Source: the human T2T-CHM13v2.0 reference genome, Homo sapiens. Taken from it: DNA of 64,000 nt. Below, piece by piece: positions 37,425 to 58,593 of this stretch; positions within the stretch are counted from its first letter, which is position 1; each line of letters starts with the position of its first letter. The position numbers were made by a program, and so were the translations under genes. The notes beneath the pieces were generated by a model. The model was given only the letters and a program-made list of their open reading frames with translations. It was not told where the DNA came from and made no database searches. The DNA is taken from assembly GCF_009914755.1 (NCBI RefSeq), contig NC_060926.1, one strand, 5' to 3'.

Positions 37425-38020
37425 ATTCTCAAAATATTAGTAAATTGAATCCAACAACACATGAAAAGAATTAAACATAAATCAAATGATATTTATTCCA
37501 GGTATACAAGACTGATTCAGCATTCAAAAATAAATTAATGCAATCCATGACATCAAAAGTCTAAAGAAAAGAAATCATATGATCATATTCATTGATGCTG
37601 AAAAAGCATTTGACAAAACCAACACCCATCCATGATAAAAAAAATTCAGTAAATAAAACCAGAAAGAGGAGGGAACTTTGTCAGTTTGTTTTTTTTTAAT
37701 CTACCCAAAAACCCTACAACTAATATTATACCTAATGAAGAAAAGTTGAATGCTTTTCCCCTGAGAACAGGAAAAAGGCAAAGATATCCCCTTTTACCAC
37801 TATGATTCAATATCATACCAAAGTCCTAGGAAGTGCAATAAAACAAGAAAAGGAAATAAAATGTATACATATTGGAAAGTAAGAGGCAAAATTGTCTTTG
37901 TTCACAGATGAGATGATTGTCTGTGTAGAAAATCCCAAAGAATAAAGACTCCTAGAATGAATCAGTGTTTACAGCAATATTGCAGGATATCTGTTAATAG
38001 TTGAAAGTCTATTACTTTCC
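37425..38020 (+). mobile_element. L1 ORF2 reverse transcriptase fragment (decayed)
   Basis: Encodes HMIIFIDAEKAFDK and LSLFTDEMIVCVENPK (degenerate FADD motif) with stops and frameshifts. Confidence 0.9.
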
Positions 38021-38121
38021 TACGGATATTATAATTTAGGAGGTTGGGGAGGGGGCTCTCAGGAAGGAATGCCGACCGTGACAAGAGAATCTAACTGTTG
38101 TTGATTTTAAAAAGTCAAACT

Positions 38122-39225
<1,104 letters not shown>

Positions 39226-39696
39226 GCAACAAACTGTATTACAAATGCATGCAACAACTTTGCTGGAGGGGATGGAGGGGTGGGGGTGGAGGGGATGGGA
39301 AGGTGCTGACCTAAGTAACTTGGAAATGAGTTGCACCTCTAAGACTAAAGACAGAAGGAATTGCACAAAAGCACTGTAGTCTAGTTAATAAAGTTGTTTG
39401 CTATGGAGGCATGAGCTAATAATTCAGATACTGCTCTACAAATATACTGGAATAGAGCAATTATGTAAACAGTGGCAGATGGTAGAAGCTACATTTCTCA
39501 GTGTGTTTACACAAAAGCAAGGGGAGGAAGCTAGAATGATCCATGTGGTGATGGATTATACATCAGTATGAATTCATTCTTAGCTTACTATAGATGCAGA
39601 TAGCTACATATAGAAATAGTTGTAGATACATGCTGCTGGTTACATATGTGACATGAGTTAGTATGAACACATATACAGGTATGTGTCACTTAATGG

Positions 39697-40508
<812 letters not shown>

Positions 40509-40761
40509 ATGTCAGGGATACCTTTTAAGAAATGTGTCAGGTGATTTTTGTCATTGTGCAAATATCAGAGAGTGTACTCACACAAACATAGATGGTGCAG
40601 CCTACTACACACCTAGGCTGTACGGTATAACCGATCGTGCCTAGGCTACAAATCTGTGCGGCATGTCATTGTACTGAAGAGTGTAGGCCATTGGGACACA
40701 GTGGTATTCATGCATGTAAACATATCTTAACATAGAAAAGTTCAGTTAAAAACATGGTATT

Positions 40762-41165
40762 TGCTTCATAGCAGTCCAGTCCATGCAAACCTACCCCCAA
40801 AGTCCAAGGAAGCTGAGGGCTAAAGAAGAGGCTGACAAATCCAGCTCCTCAGAAAGAAGCATTTAATAAAGACTTATGAAGAGAAGCCATGTCTCAGGTA
40901 GCCAAAAGTTGGTGGACCCCCACACCATTCCTACCATAGGGGAAGGAACAGGTAGGACAAGTGAAGCTGATCCCTAGGGAAGGGCAAGAATGCTATGTGA
41001 ATCTGCCTAAGGGCAGGATTTATGGCCAAGGTCATTTTGACCCAAGGCCAGGGTTTATGGTAATAGTAGATAAAATAGAAATCTTAGAGGCCTCCCTGAA
41101 CAGGGGTTAATGAGAAGTCACCATAGTGGATTAGAGTCCAAGATGGAATTGCTTTAGCCTCCACA
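40762..41165 (-). mobile_element. ERVL-class solo LTR (LTR47-like)
   Basis: Ends ccaagatggaattgctttagcctccaca; 5-bp TSD GTATT/GTCTT. Confidence 0.75.
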
Positions 41166-41291
41166 GTCTTATAATCTTATGAGACCACCATCAAATATAT
41201 CATCCATCATTGACCCAAACATTGTCATGTGGTTCATGACTCTATTTTTTTACCCTGCTAGCTGAAAGGGCCTTTAAAAACCAATACCCTG

Positions 41292-41498
41292 AGCTGGGAA
41301 TGGTGCATGAGTCTGTAATCCTAGCTACCTGAGAGGCTGAAGTCAGAGGATCACTTGAGTCCAGGAATTCAAGACCAGCCTGGGCAACATAAAAAGACCC
41401 CCATCTCAAACACACACACACACACACACACACACATATGCACACACACACATGCACACACACGTGCACACACACACATGCACACACACACACACACA
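41292..41498 (+). mobile_element. Alu monomer with (CA)n-rich tail (41411-41498)
   Basis: FLAM-like body followed by a CA/TGCA repeat. Confidence 0.85.
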
Positions 41499-41808
41499 AA
41501 CACCTTAGTAGCAATAAGCACACTGAGCACTCAAATACTTGTTTTGAACACCATTTCCAATTAAAGGAAGAATTTCAATTATTGTTTTTCTCAACTGTTA
41601 TCTATTGCCTCGGGCAGCAACAACTAAAGCCTTTGGCTATAAGTGTTTTCCACAAACACTCCCTGCGTAAGTCTTCAACACTGGGAAAGTTCTGGGTCAA
41701 AAAAAAATAAAGTGTTTTGAGCTGGTCTTCCAGGGAAGACAGGTCAAATAATGACAGTTCTTTGAGAATGAGGTCTGTTCTGCTCTCTCTGGTGCTGGGG
41801 ATGTGTGC

Positions 41809-42645
<837 letters not shown>

Positions 42646-42694
42646 TCTCATTTTCAAGTTTCCTGCTTTGCTGGGGAGCCAGGGAGGGGAATAG

Positions 42695-43063
<369 letters not shown>

Positions 43064-43545
43064 TAAGTAGATTGTTCTTCAGAGGTTATTTTCAGCTGAC
43101 TTTTGGTTTCCTATCTAATTTTGTAATGGTGGGTAATGAAGCCCCTCTGAACCAAGAAGTTTGTATGCAGCTCATTCTTGTCTTCTGTGATTTTCTTTTC
43201 TCTCTCTCTCTGTCTTTCTTAAGTATAATTAGAGAGTTTATTTGGGCCAAATTTGAGGACTGCAACCCAGGAGACATATAGTCAAGTTACCCTGAATATA
43301 TGTTCCCCTCTTTCATTTTCATCTGTCCTGCCCAGCTCCTGTTAAGTACATAAACTGCCAGTCCCATGGCGTTATTTAAGGGGAGGTACATTTAATACCT
43401 TGTCTTTTTAAATCAACATAGTGGCCAATCATAGCACAGGGCCTGGCATAGGGTATTAAGCCTCCTCTTGGCTGACACATTTTTTTTCTAGAGACACAGC
43501 AAACACCAGTCATGTGGACAGGGAGCAAGTAGACATCATTGGCTT

Positions 43546-45190
43546 TGATGGCAGCAATGGCCCATCTGGAGAGGCCACTGTGAAAATGCCAGCTGCAGTG
43601 GGGGAGGTGTGGTCAGGGCGGCATGCTCCACAGAACAGGCGGGAGCCCCGGCCCCTACTGAGTCGGCAGGACAGAAGCCCCATGCTCCCAGGCGCAGCTG
43701 CAGCCACTCAGCCTCAGCTCCAGACCCAGGCATCCGTGCACTCTTGGGGGCCCAGGAAGCCCCTTACCCCTGCAGGCTTGAAAGTGTCTGCTCCTGCTGC
43801 CTGGCTTCCCACTGCTCCCAGTGCCCACTCTAGGGTAGAGCAAAGCTGTGGCCCATCCTGGGCACTGTCATGACCTGGCTGAGTGCCTGATTTTGGGATG
43901 CTGCTGACATGCCAGCCCCCTGGAACCTTGCCCCCTCTGGACTTTGGGTGTCAACCAGCATGGGAGGGAAGCCAAAGGGGTGCTGAGGGCAGCTCAGTGA
44001 GGGCCTGCAGGTGCCCCTCAACATGAACAGCTTGGGTGCCGTGGATGGCACATTGATGGCAGCAGGAGGCAGACAGGCTCCTGAGTGGGAAGAGGAGGGT
44101 CCCCAGTGAAGCCCCACATTCAAGCCAGGGACAGCCTGAAGCCTAGGGGCTGGGCTGTCAGTTACAGATGGAGTCCACAGCCTGGAGTGAGAACTTATGG
44201 TACTTTTTCCAGGCCCACCTATGGCTGCCCACGGTCAGCACACACTTCCTCCCTTCTAAGCCCATAAAAACCCCAGACTCCCACAGACATCAGGACTACC
44301 AGCTGCAGGAAGGAAGGGACGACCTACTTTGGGTCTCCTCAACTTGTCGGGACAACCTGCCTGTGGACAGGAGCTACCCACCCTGGGTCTCATCTCCATT
44401 GAGAGCTGGACACTCATCAGGATGCCCTGCCTTCAGAAAGGAGCTACCCACTCCGGATCTCCTCTCTGCTGAGGGCTGCATTCATCAGAACTACCTCCCT
44501 GTGGAAACAAACTACCCACTCTGGGTCTCCTGAGAGCTGTTCTGTCACTCATTAAAATTCCTCTCCATCTTTCTCACTCTCCAGTTGCCAACGTACCTCA
44601 TTCTTCCTGGACATGGGACAAGAACTCACCACATGGTGTGACTGAAAGAGCTGTAACACAAACAGGGCTGAAACATGCCCCCCAACCCCCCACTCACCGT
44701 GTTGTGGGCAACAAGAAGGAGAGAAGACCTGTGGCCCTTCAGGAAGCCCAGACATAGGGGGTCCCTGAGCCAGGGCTGTGACACCTTCTTTGGAGCTCTG
44801 TGGTTCCTGGTATTGCCAAGCTTCCAGGCACCACCATGCTCCCCTCGTCCAGACATAGGTAACCACAGAGGAAGCCGCCTGCAGTACATCTTATCCAGAT
44901 GCAGCCTTGCACAGAGTTGGTGCCTGTGCCAGTGCCTGGAGCTGCCTGTCCCATAGCAGCAGCCAGTTCACCTGGCTGTGCACAGTGGCTGGACCCCACA
45001 CTCACTCCACTTTGCTACTGGCTCACCCTTGTCAGGTGTAAGATCCCGGCCAGTAGCACGAGCTGAGTGCAGCCTGCCAGGCCAAGTGGGCAGAATGAGC
45101 CAAGTGGGCCTGAGCAAAAACTCAGGCAAAGGCACCACCAGCCACAGAGGTTTCCAACTGCAAAAGCAACAACCTAAGGATCCTGAGGCA
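43546..45190 (+). mobile_element. MER52-like long ERV1 solo LTR (~1.65 kb)
   Basis: Start tgatggcagcaatggcccatctggag; internal (gagctacccac...ggtctcctc) repeats; end ggatcctgaggca; perfect 4-bp TSD GCTT. Confidence 0.85.
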
Positions 45191-46136
45191 GCTTGAGAGA
45201 CAATGGAGAGTAAGACAGCAATAGACAGAGGCAGGGCTGTGGAGCGACGCAGGCCTCCAAAGAAGAGAGAAGTTTCCATTCCTGAAGCCTTCTGGAATCT
45301 GAAGTTTGCTGCCTGGACTGCCCGGTTTTAGTGGAAGAAAGCTTGCATGGGTCTCTGTTTGTTGCTACCAAAGACTCTTGGCTAGAGCAACGTGGATGAA
45401 GGAAGGTTGAACCAAAGACATGACAGTGGTTCCGAGGGGCTGGGCAGCCTTTGTGGCCTCCCACCACCACCTCAATTAAGCCAAGCGGTGGATGAAGAGA
45501 AGCTTCTGGGCTGTCAAGTGCCTGCTTCTTAAAATCACTTTGGAGAACCCAGGGAGTGCAGGAGGCAAAGCAGCGCCCCCTGCGTGAGTCATCCCCATTT
45601 GAGCAGCCTTCCCACCCCGACCTGAGACACAAGGCCACACTTAGCATCGAGGGAGACCAAGTGATGTACCCAGCTTCAAGCCAGGCTTTGTTACAGAGAA
45701 GAAAGGAAGGGTAGATGTTGGCATAGCAACCAGCATTGTCTGCAACTCTCTCTGCTGCGTGTCTCCCCATCAGATGCCCCCTGGGAACAGGGTGCCTGAG
45801 TGCGACTCTTAGGCCTGTATGATAAAACTGGACTTCTAATTCCCTCTTTCACGTAAATCAGAGCCAGTCATATCATTTCTGCCCACAACCCAACAGCCGT
45901 AGCGAGCCACAGGGCCCTACCTGACTGCAGATGGCTGGACGCATGGGGAGCAGAAGGAAGGTAATGAACAACACCACCTCCACCAGCCTTTAACAGGAGT
46001 GACGTGGCTCTACGTGCGCTTACAGAAAAGGCCTTCAAGACCTGCCGTTAGCTGGAAAAATAAGAAGAGCAAGCTACAAAACTCACATAGAATATGATCC
46101 CACTTGGGTAAGAAATGGTTCAATTAACCCTTAATA

Positions 46137-46415
46137 GGCCAGGCATAGTGGCTTGTGCATGTAATTCCAGCACTTTGGGAGGCCAAGGCAGTGGGTTGCT
46201 TGAGCTGACGAGTTTGAGACCAGCCTGAGCAACATGGTGAAAACTCATGTCTACAAAAAATACAAAAACAAGCCAGGGGTGGTGGCACATGCCTGTGGTC
46301 CAGCTACTCAGGAAGCTGAAGTGGGAGGATCACTTGAGCCCAGGAGGTGGAGGTTGCAGTGAGCCAAGAATGTGTCACTGTACTCCAGCCTGGGTGACAG
46401 AGCCAGACTCTGTCA
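46137..46415 (+). mobile_element. AluJ-like SINE
   Basis: Dimer running into a purine repeat. Confidence 0.92.
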
Positions 46416-46701
46416 AGAAAGAAAAGGAAGGAAGGAAGGAAGAAAGGAAGGAAGGAAGGAAGGAAGGAAGGAAAGAAGGAAGGGAGGGAGGGAGGGAGGG
46501 AAGGGAAGGGAAGGAAGGAAAGAGAGACAGAGAGATGAAAGAAGAAAAAAAAGAAAGAAAGAAAGAAGAAAGGAAGGAAGGAGAGAGGGAGGGAGGAGGA
46601 AGGAAAAAGAAAGTGAGAGAAAGGAAGGAGGGAAGGAAGGAAGAAGGAAGGAAGGAGAAAGAGAAAGAGAGAAAGAAGGAAAGAAAAAGAAAGAAAGAAA
46701 G
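46416..46701. repeat. GGAA/GAAA/GGGA polypurine tract (~285 bp)
   Basis: Almost pure A/G on the + strand. Confidence 0.95.
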
Positions 46702-46730
46702 GGTTCAAGATGCAGATATGGACACATGGC

Positions 46731-48722
<1,992 letters not shown>

Positions 48723-48880
48723 ATGGCCCGTGGCCATAGAAACTTCTGGAGAGGTTTGTTATACAGCTTTGGGGTGGGGAGAGTTCCTTTAAGGAAAAGT
48801 ATACTCAATTTTGACTACAAGTTAAGGATGAAAGTAAATATTATTGGTGGTGAGAAAGCAAATCACAAATACCACAGACT

Positions 48881-49170
<290 letters not shown>

Positions 49171-49226
49171 TATGACAAACTTCAAAAAAAATAGGAAAAT
49201 ATTATATACGTCACACATTATATATA

Positions 49227-49580
49227 TGATATGGTTTGGCTCTATGTCCCTCCCCCAAATCTCACCTTGAATTGTAATAATCACCATGTGTCAAGAGTGG
49301 GGCCAGGTGGAGATAATTGAATCACGGGAACAGTTTCCCCCATGCTGTTCTCGTGAGAGTGAGTGAGTTCTCATGAGATCTGATGTTTTTATAAGGGGCT
49401 TCTCCCTTCACTGGATCCTCATTCTCTATTGCCGCCCTGTGAAGAGGTACCTCCACCATGATTATAAGTTTCCTGAGGCCTCCCAGCCGTGCTGAACTGT
49501 GAGTAATTAAACCTCTTCCCTTTCTAAATTTCCCAGTCTCAGGTATGTCTTTGTTAGCAGCACGAGAACAGACTAATACA
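49227..49580 (+). mobile_element. THE1 (MaLR) solo LTR
   Basis: tgatatggtttggct...cagactaataca termini; TSD ATATA/ATATC. Confidence 0.9.
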
Positions 49581-49736
49581 ATATCATTATTATTTTGTAA
49601 ATAATATTACATATCATATATATTATGTGATTATAGTTTTCTGCATTTTGTCATTTTTATGCTATTTATTATTTTCTCACTCTAAATAAATATTGACTTT
49701 CATCCCTGACTTTGCATTCTTTGAATATACAGCACT

Positions 49737-50056
<320 letters not shown>

Positions 50057-50225
50057 TAGCACTTTGTATAATCACTTTATATAATGTTCTTTCTTAAAGA
50101 GGACTCCTCATCTACGTATCAAGACAGAGATCCACAAAACTGGATCTGTTCTGGAGTACAAGAGCTTTTTTCCAAAGAAAATATGACTGCTTATTTGCCA
50201 GAGATGGACTTGAAAAAAAACAAAA

Positions 50226-51984
<1,759 letters not shown>

Positions 51985-51999
51985 CTAAGGAACCAGCCA

Positions 52000-52450
52000 C
52001 TGAACAGAAGATTTTGTACTATATACACTAAGTCTTATGTATTAGACATAGGATTTGTTCCAGAATGCCTAAAGAACGTATAGAAATCAATAAGAAAAAG
52101 ATAACTCAGCAGAAAAATGGGCAAACAATATGAAGAGGCCATTCACAGAAGGAAAATTGTGAATGGCCAATAGACAACAGGAAAACTGCGCACACTTGCC
52201 ATTGAGAGATATGCAAAGGAGAGCCACAGGCAGATACCATTTCATCCCCATCACATTGCTGAAATCAGCCTGTCAATGCCAGGAGGTTACGGGGAAGTGC
52301 AAATCCTCACATACTGCTTGTAGGCATGTTAAGTAGTATGGCCACTCTAAAGACCAATGTGGCAATTCTAGCGAAGCTGAAAATGTGTATACTCTATCAT
52401 CCAGCTATTTCACTTTTTGGGGCAGGCTTTAGAGAAACTCCTTACCTTAT
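52000..52450 (+). mobile_element. Old L1 ORF2 3' fragment
   Basis: gaaaaatgggcaaacaatatgaagaggccattcacagaagg...agataccatttca. Confidence 0.75.
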
Positions 52451-52461
52451 GCCAGGCGAGG

Positions 52462-53306
<845 letters not shown>

Positions 53307-53359
53307 GCAGTGTGTTTGCTGCAGCAGTGTTTGTGATTGCAAATAATTGGAAGCAATGA

Positions 53360-54090
<731 letters not shown>

Positions 54091-54146
54091 AATTGTAAAA
54101 TATTCTTAAGAATGAATAACATATGCACTTATTAAAAGGAATAATA

Positions 54147-54730
<584 letters not shown>

Positions 54731-54829
54731 GAGGAACAATATGGATTTCTATATATCAATATGAATAGATTTCAAAGCCATAGTATTAAGTTAAAGAACT
54801 AAGTTGTGGAATAAGTACTTTTTTTGGTG

Positions 54830-55545
54830 AGTATATGTATACATACCTAAGAGTGAAATTGCTGTGTTGTAAACATTTCTTCAACTTTAGTGGCCGCCAC
54901 CTATTTTCCAAAGCCAATGTATAAATATTCACTCCCATCTGCAGTGTATAAGAGTGCATTTGCTCCACATCCTTACCATCTTTTTCGTTTTAGCCATCCT
55001 GACAGGTGTGAAGCAATGTCAGATGGTTTCTTTTCCTGCTGACTAGTGAGTGGCCAATGGCTCGCTGAAGCCTGAAACTCCTGGTCTCAAGAGACTCTCG
55101 GCCTGAGCCTCCAGGTAGCTGGGACTGCAGGCGCCACCCTTCCCAGGTTCACAGGCTTCTTGCCATTTGGCTTACCTCATTTGTGAAGTGCCCAATCAAA
55201 TCATCAGATGATTTTTCTTGGGGAATTTCTGCCTTTTCTTGTTGACTTACAGACTACAGTTCTGGCTATGAATTCTTTGTGAGATACATGTGTGCCAAAT
55301 ATCTCCTCCCACCCTGCGGCTTGTCTTTTGATTGTCTTGATGGTGTCGTTTTATCAAGAGAGGTCCTGAGTTATAGCGTAGTCTTTTTGTCCTTCATGAC
55401 TAGTCCTTTTTTGTGTTCTGCCTAAAGAAGCTTTGCCTTCTCCATGCAACAATTTTCCTATGAGCTCTTCTAAAAGCGTAGTCTTACCTTTTACATTTAG
55501 AGCTACAATTCATCTGGAATCTGAATTCCTTTGTAATCTTTCCTT
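54830..55545 (-). mobile_element. Old L1 ORF2 3' fragment with a small Alu piece
   Basis: atacctaagagtgaaattgctg...cactcccatctgcagtgtataagagt...ttttacatttag. Confidence 0.75.
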
Positions 55546-55699
55546 TAAGGTGGTACGCAGTGGTGGGACGGGGCTGGGAGGGGGTAGCAGGCCGCTCCGT
55601 GCAAAGGCAGCCCTGCCCCGCAGTGTACCAAGCCTTTCCCCTCACTATTTTTCTCTGCTTTGCTCTGACCTTGGCTCCTCAAGATGCCCCCCTTGGAGG

Positions 55700-56790
55700 C
55701 TGGCCCTACCCTGCAGTCAGCTCTTCGGGCTTCCTCGAAGGCTGGGCACTGCCCTGCTGCCGGTGCTCAGCCTTCAGGGGGCCCGCCGGGTTCCAGGAAC
55801 AGCCAGGACCACCTGTCTGCGGGACCCGCGGAGCCAGGACCCCTGCAGGCGGAGCCTCACCCGCAGCCCAATGCCCGGGTGTCGCCCCCACCCAACTCTC
55901 CTGCCCCGGGAGGACCCGGCTTCGGGGCTTTGGGGAACCTGCGGCGCCTGGGCCACCCCCTGCGTGGACCCCTGGACCCCAGGCGAGGCCACCAGCGCCC
56001 ACCATCCAAAGGGCGACAGGGAGGCGTCCCCCCAACCCCGGCGGCGATGCCTCCTGAGTCCTAACCACACGCCGTGGACCCCCGCACCCTCAGTAGCCCC
56101 GCGCCGAGTGTAACCGCGCCCCGTGTCCTGGGATCCCGCGGCCCGGGTAACCAGGTCCCATGTAACCGCAGCCTGGTGAAGCCGTGCGCCCTGGGCGCGG
56201 CTACTTGGCCCTCACGGCAGGGCGGAGATGCGAGGCCCCAGGGTTCGGCCCCGCAGCGCCGCTGAGTCCAAGGACCGAGCTGGGAGTGGGGGCGGAGCCA
56301 AGAAGGGGCGCCCCTGCGCCCACAAGCCGCAGCGCCCAGGAATCCCCTGGGCGCCTCCGCGTCCCCCGCGGGCTGTCCCGGCAGGCAGGCAGCCCACCCC
56401 AGGGCTCCCCTCGTGGAAGGACACCCCTGCTGACCCTGGCCCTGGTTCTGGCGGTGTCTCCACTCAGCCCTCGGAGGGACGCCCACCTCCCGCGGAGCTG
56501 GGGGACTGTGGCTTCCTCCTGCGCGGGGAGGTCGGTGGGCGCCGTGGACCCGTCCCGCCCCTGTCTGAGGAGCCGAGTCGGCCACAGAGGGGCAGCAGAC
56601 TAGGGAGGGCTGATGGGCCGTGCACTTAGCTCCCTCCGGGCTGCTGGCCGGGGCCCTTGAACGGACAGATGCCAACTGGCAGATGAGGGGGCTGCGTCCA
56701 CCCCCACCCCACCCCCGCCCCCAGGCCGCTTCCAAAGGTTTCTCCCGGATTCCCACAGGCGGCCCGCCAGGCCCTGCTTGGCAGCTTGTT
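55700..56790. promoter_or_regulatory. CpG island (~1.1 kb), putative promoter/enhancer
   Basis: Very GC-rich, CpG-dense, non-repeat; GC boxes GGGCGGAG at ~56221 and 56290; multiple CCGCGG sites. Confidence 0.85.
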
Positions 56791-56891
56791 CCCTCGCATC
56801 CCACCCCCGTTCCACCCCCCAAAATCAAAACGGTTCAGGGTTCTGTGAAGTGAAAAGACCCCTGTTCCCGCCCAGAGCAGCAGCTGGTGTC

Positions 56892-57268
56892 TGTGGGTTA
56901 GGGGTAGGATTGCTGTCCCCTCGAAATTCATATGTTGAAGCCTTAACCCCCAGTACCTCAGAGTTGCTTCCCCCTAAGTTTTATTTGGAGAGAGGTCGTT
57001 AAGGTGGGCTCTAATCCCATGTGACTGGTGTCCTTATGAAAAGGGACATCCGGAGGTGGAGGTGGAGGAGCACACAGGGAGAAGACGGTGGCGTCCACAA
57101 GCCAAGGAGAGAGGCCCAGGCCAGACCGCAGCTGATAGCTTCAGAAGGAAAGCCTTCCACTTCTCCATTCCGACTTCTGGCCTCCCCAAAGAAGAGACCA
57201 TACATTTCTGTTGTTTAAACCACTTAGTTTATGGTACTTTGTTTCAATAGCCCTAGCAAATGAGCACA
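56892..57268 (+). mobile_element. MLT1A/B-like LTR
   Basis: aaattcatatgttgaagccttaacccccagtacctcag...ctaatcccatgtgactggtgtccttat. Confidence 0.85.
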
Positions 57269-57347
57269 ATATGCAGCTAAATATTTTCTAATAGTTCATA
57301 GACTTATCTCTATCCAAACAGACCATTTTATTTAAAAGTTTTTTTCT

Positions 57348-57395
57348 TTCCTTCCTTCCTTCCTTCCTTCCTTCCTTCCTTCCTTCCTTCCTTCC
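57348..57395 (-). repeat. Perfect (GGAA)12 microsatellite ((TTCC)12 on +)
   Basis: 48 nt of uninterrupted TTCC, followed by TTTC-rich sequence. Confidence 0.95.
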
Positions 57396-57739
57396 TCTTT
57401 CTTTCTTCTTTTCTTTCTTTCTTTCTCTTTCTTTCTTTCTTTCTTTCTTTTGACAGGGTCTCACTCTGTCACCCAGGCAGAGTGCAGTGTGTACTTATAG
57501 CTCACTGTAGCCTTGAGCTCCTGGGCTCCAGTGATCCTCCCACCCCAGCCTCTGGAATGGCTAGGACTAGAGGTTCATGCCACCACACCCAGCTAAGTTT
57601 TCTTTTCCTTTTCATTTTTGTAGAGACTAGGTCTTGCTGTGTTGCCCAGGCTGGTCTTGAACTCCTGGGCTCAAGCAATCCTCCTGCTTCTGCCTCCTAA
57701 AGTGCAGGGATTACAGGTGTGAGTCACAGGGCCTGGTCC
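57396..57739 (-). mobile_element. AluJ-like SINE
   Basis: Antisense dimer with TTTC/TTCC tail. Confidence 0.9.
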
Positions 57740-58593
57740 TACTTATTTTTTCATTTTATCATGTGTGATGGATACTTTTCCAGCAGGGAATGTGTGTTTA
57801 CCTTGTTTTTGGAGCAGCTGTGTAGACTCTCTCACTAATGCCCCATCACCTATTCCCCAGGGCCCTTACAGGGACTACTCAGCTTGCTTCTGGGATGTTG
57901 TTACTGACGATACATCATTGATAGGATATTTGAACCTGTTCCTCTGCTGGGCAGGCCCATTCTGAATGGTGGCTCCTCCTCTTTACAAATAAGACCTGTA
58001 GCATCACCATCACCTGAATTATCCTGGACTCTAGTCACGTGGGCTTCGAAAGGAGTTATGGAATGTTGGTTCCCCCTAAGTCTCTAGCAAGAGCTGTGGC
58101 TGCAGGGGAAGGGACTACCTTGATGTGCCAGGTGACTGTTTTAGGTGGCCCCAGTAGGACCCCGGGGGGGCAGCCTGAGATGGAAACAGCGTGGATGCCG
58201 TCCCGACCATCACTGATGCTCCAAATTTGGGATGGCTGCTCCTGATCATGTTCTGCCTTGTGCACTTAAGCGTTCCCATGAACTCGCAGATACACATTTT
58301 CAGCCGGGTTTTTAGGGAAAAGTGTTTTGTGGTATTTTCCACACAGCACCCACTGGAGTGCACAATGTCAGATAGTGAGAACAATGAAGACTATAGAGGC
58401 CATGCCAAATGAAAGTACGGCTACGGTACTTGCCTGCAAGAGCGGCTCCAGCATCCTGAGTGCCTGTGAAAAGCACCTTGATGTGCCCTCGGGTGATGGC
58501 AGTGCCTCTCCCTGCAGCCAGGCCTTCCTGAGCCCAGACCCCAGGCTGCAGCCCCAGCCGCCATCCACTGGGAATGCTCTATGGGAGACACGG

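Noticed and set aside
37425-38020. Functional reverse transcriptase
   Set aside because: A decayed L1 fragment with stops, frameshifts and a mutated catalytic motif (FTDE instead of FADD).
55433-56931. Long overlapping ORFs (226, 255, 165 aa) in the CpG island
   Set aside because: Pro/Gly/Ala/Arg-rich ORFs occur in all frames and on both strands, as expected for stop-poor GC-rich DNA; no recognisable domain.
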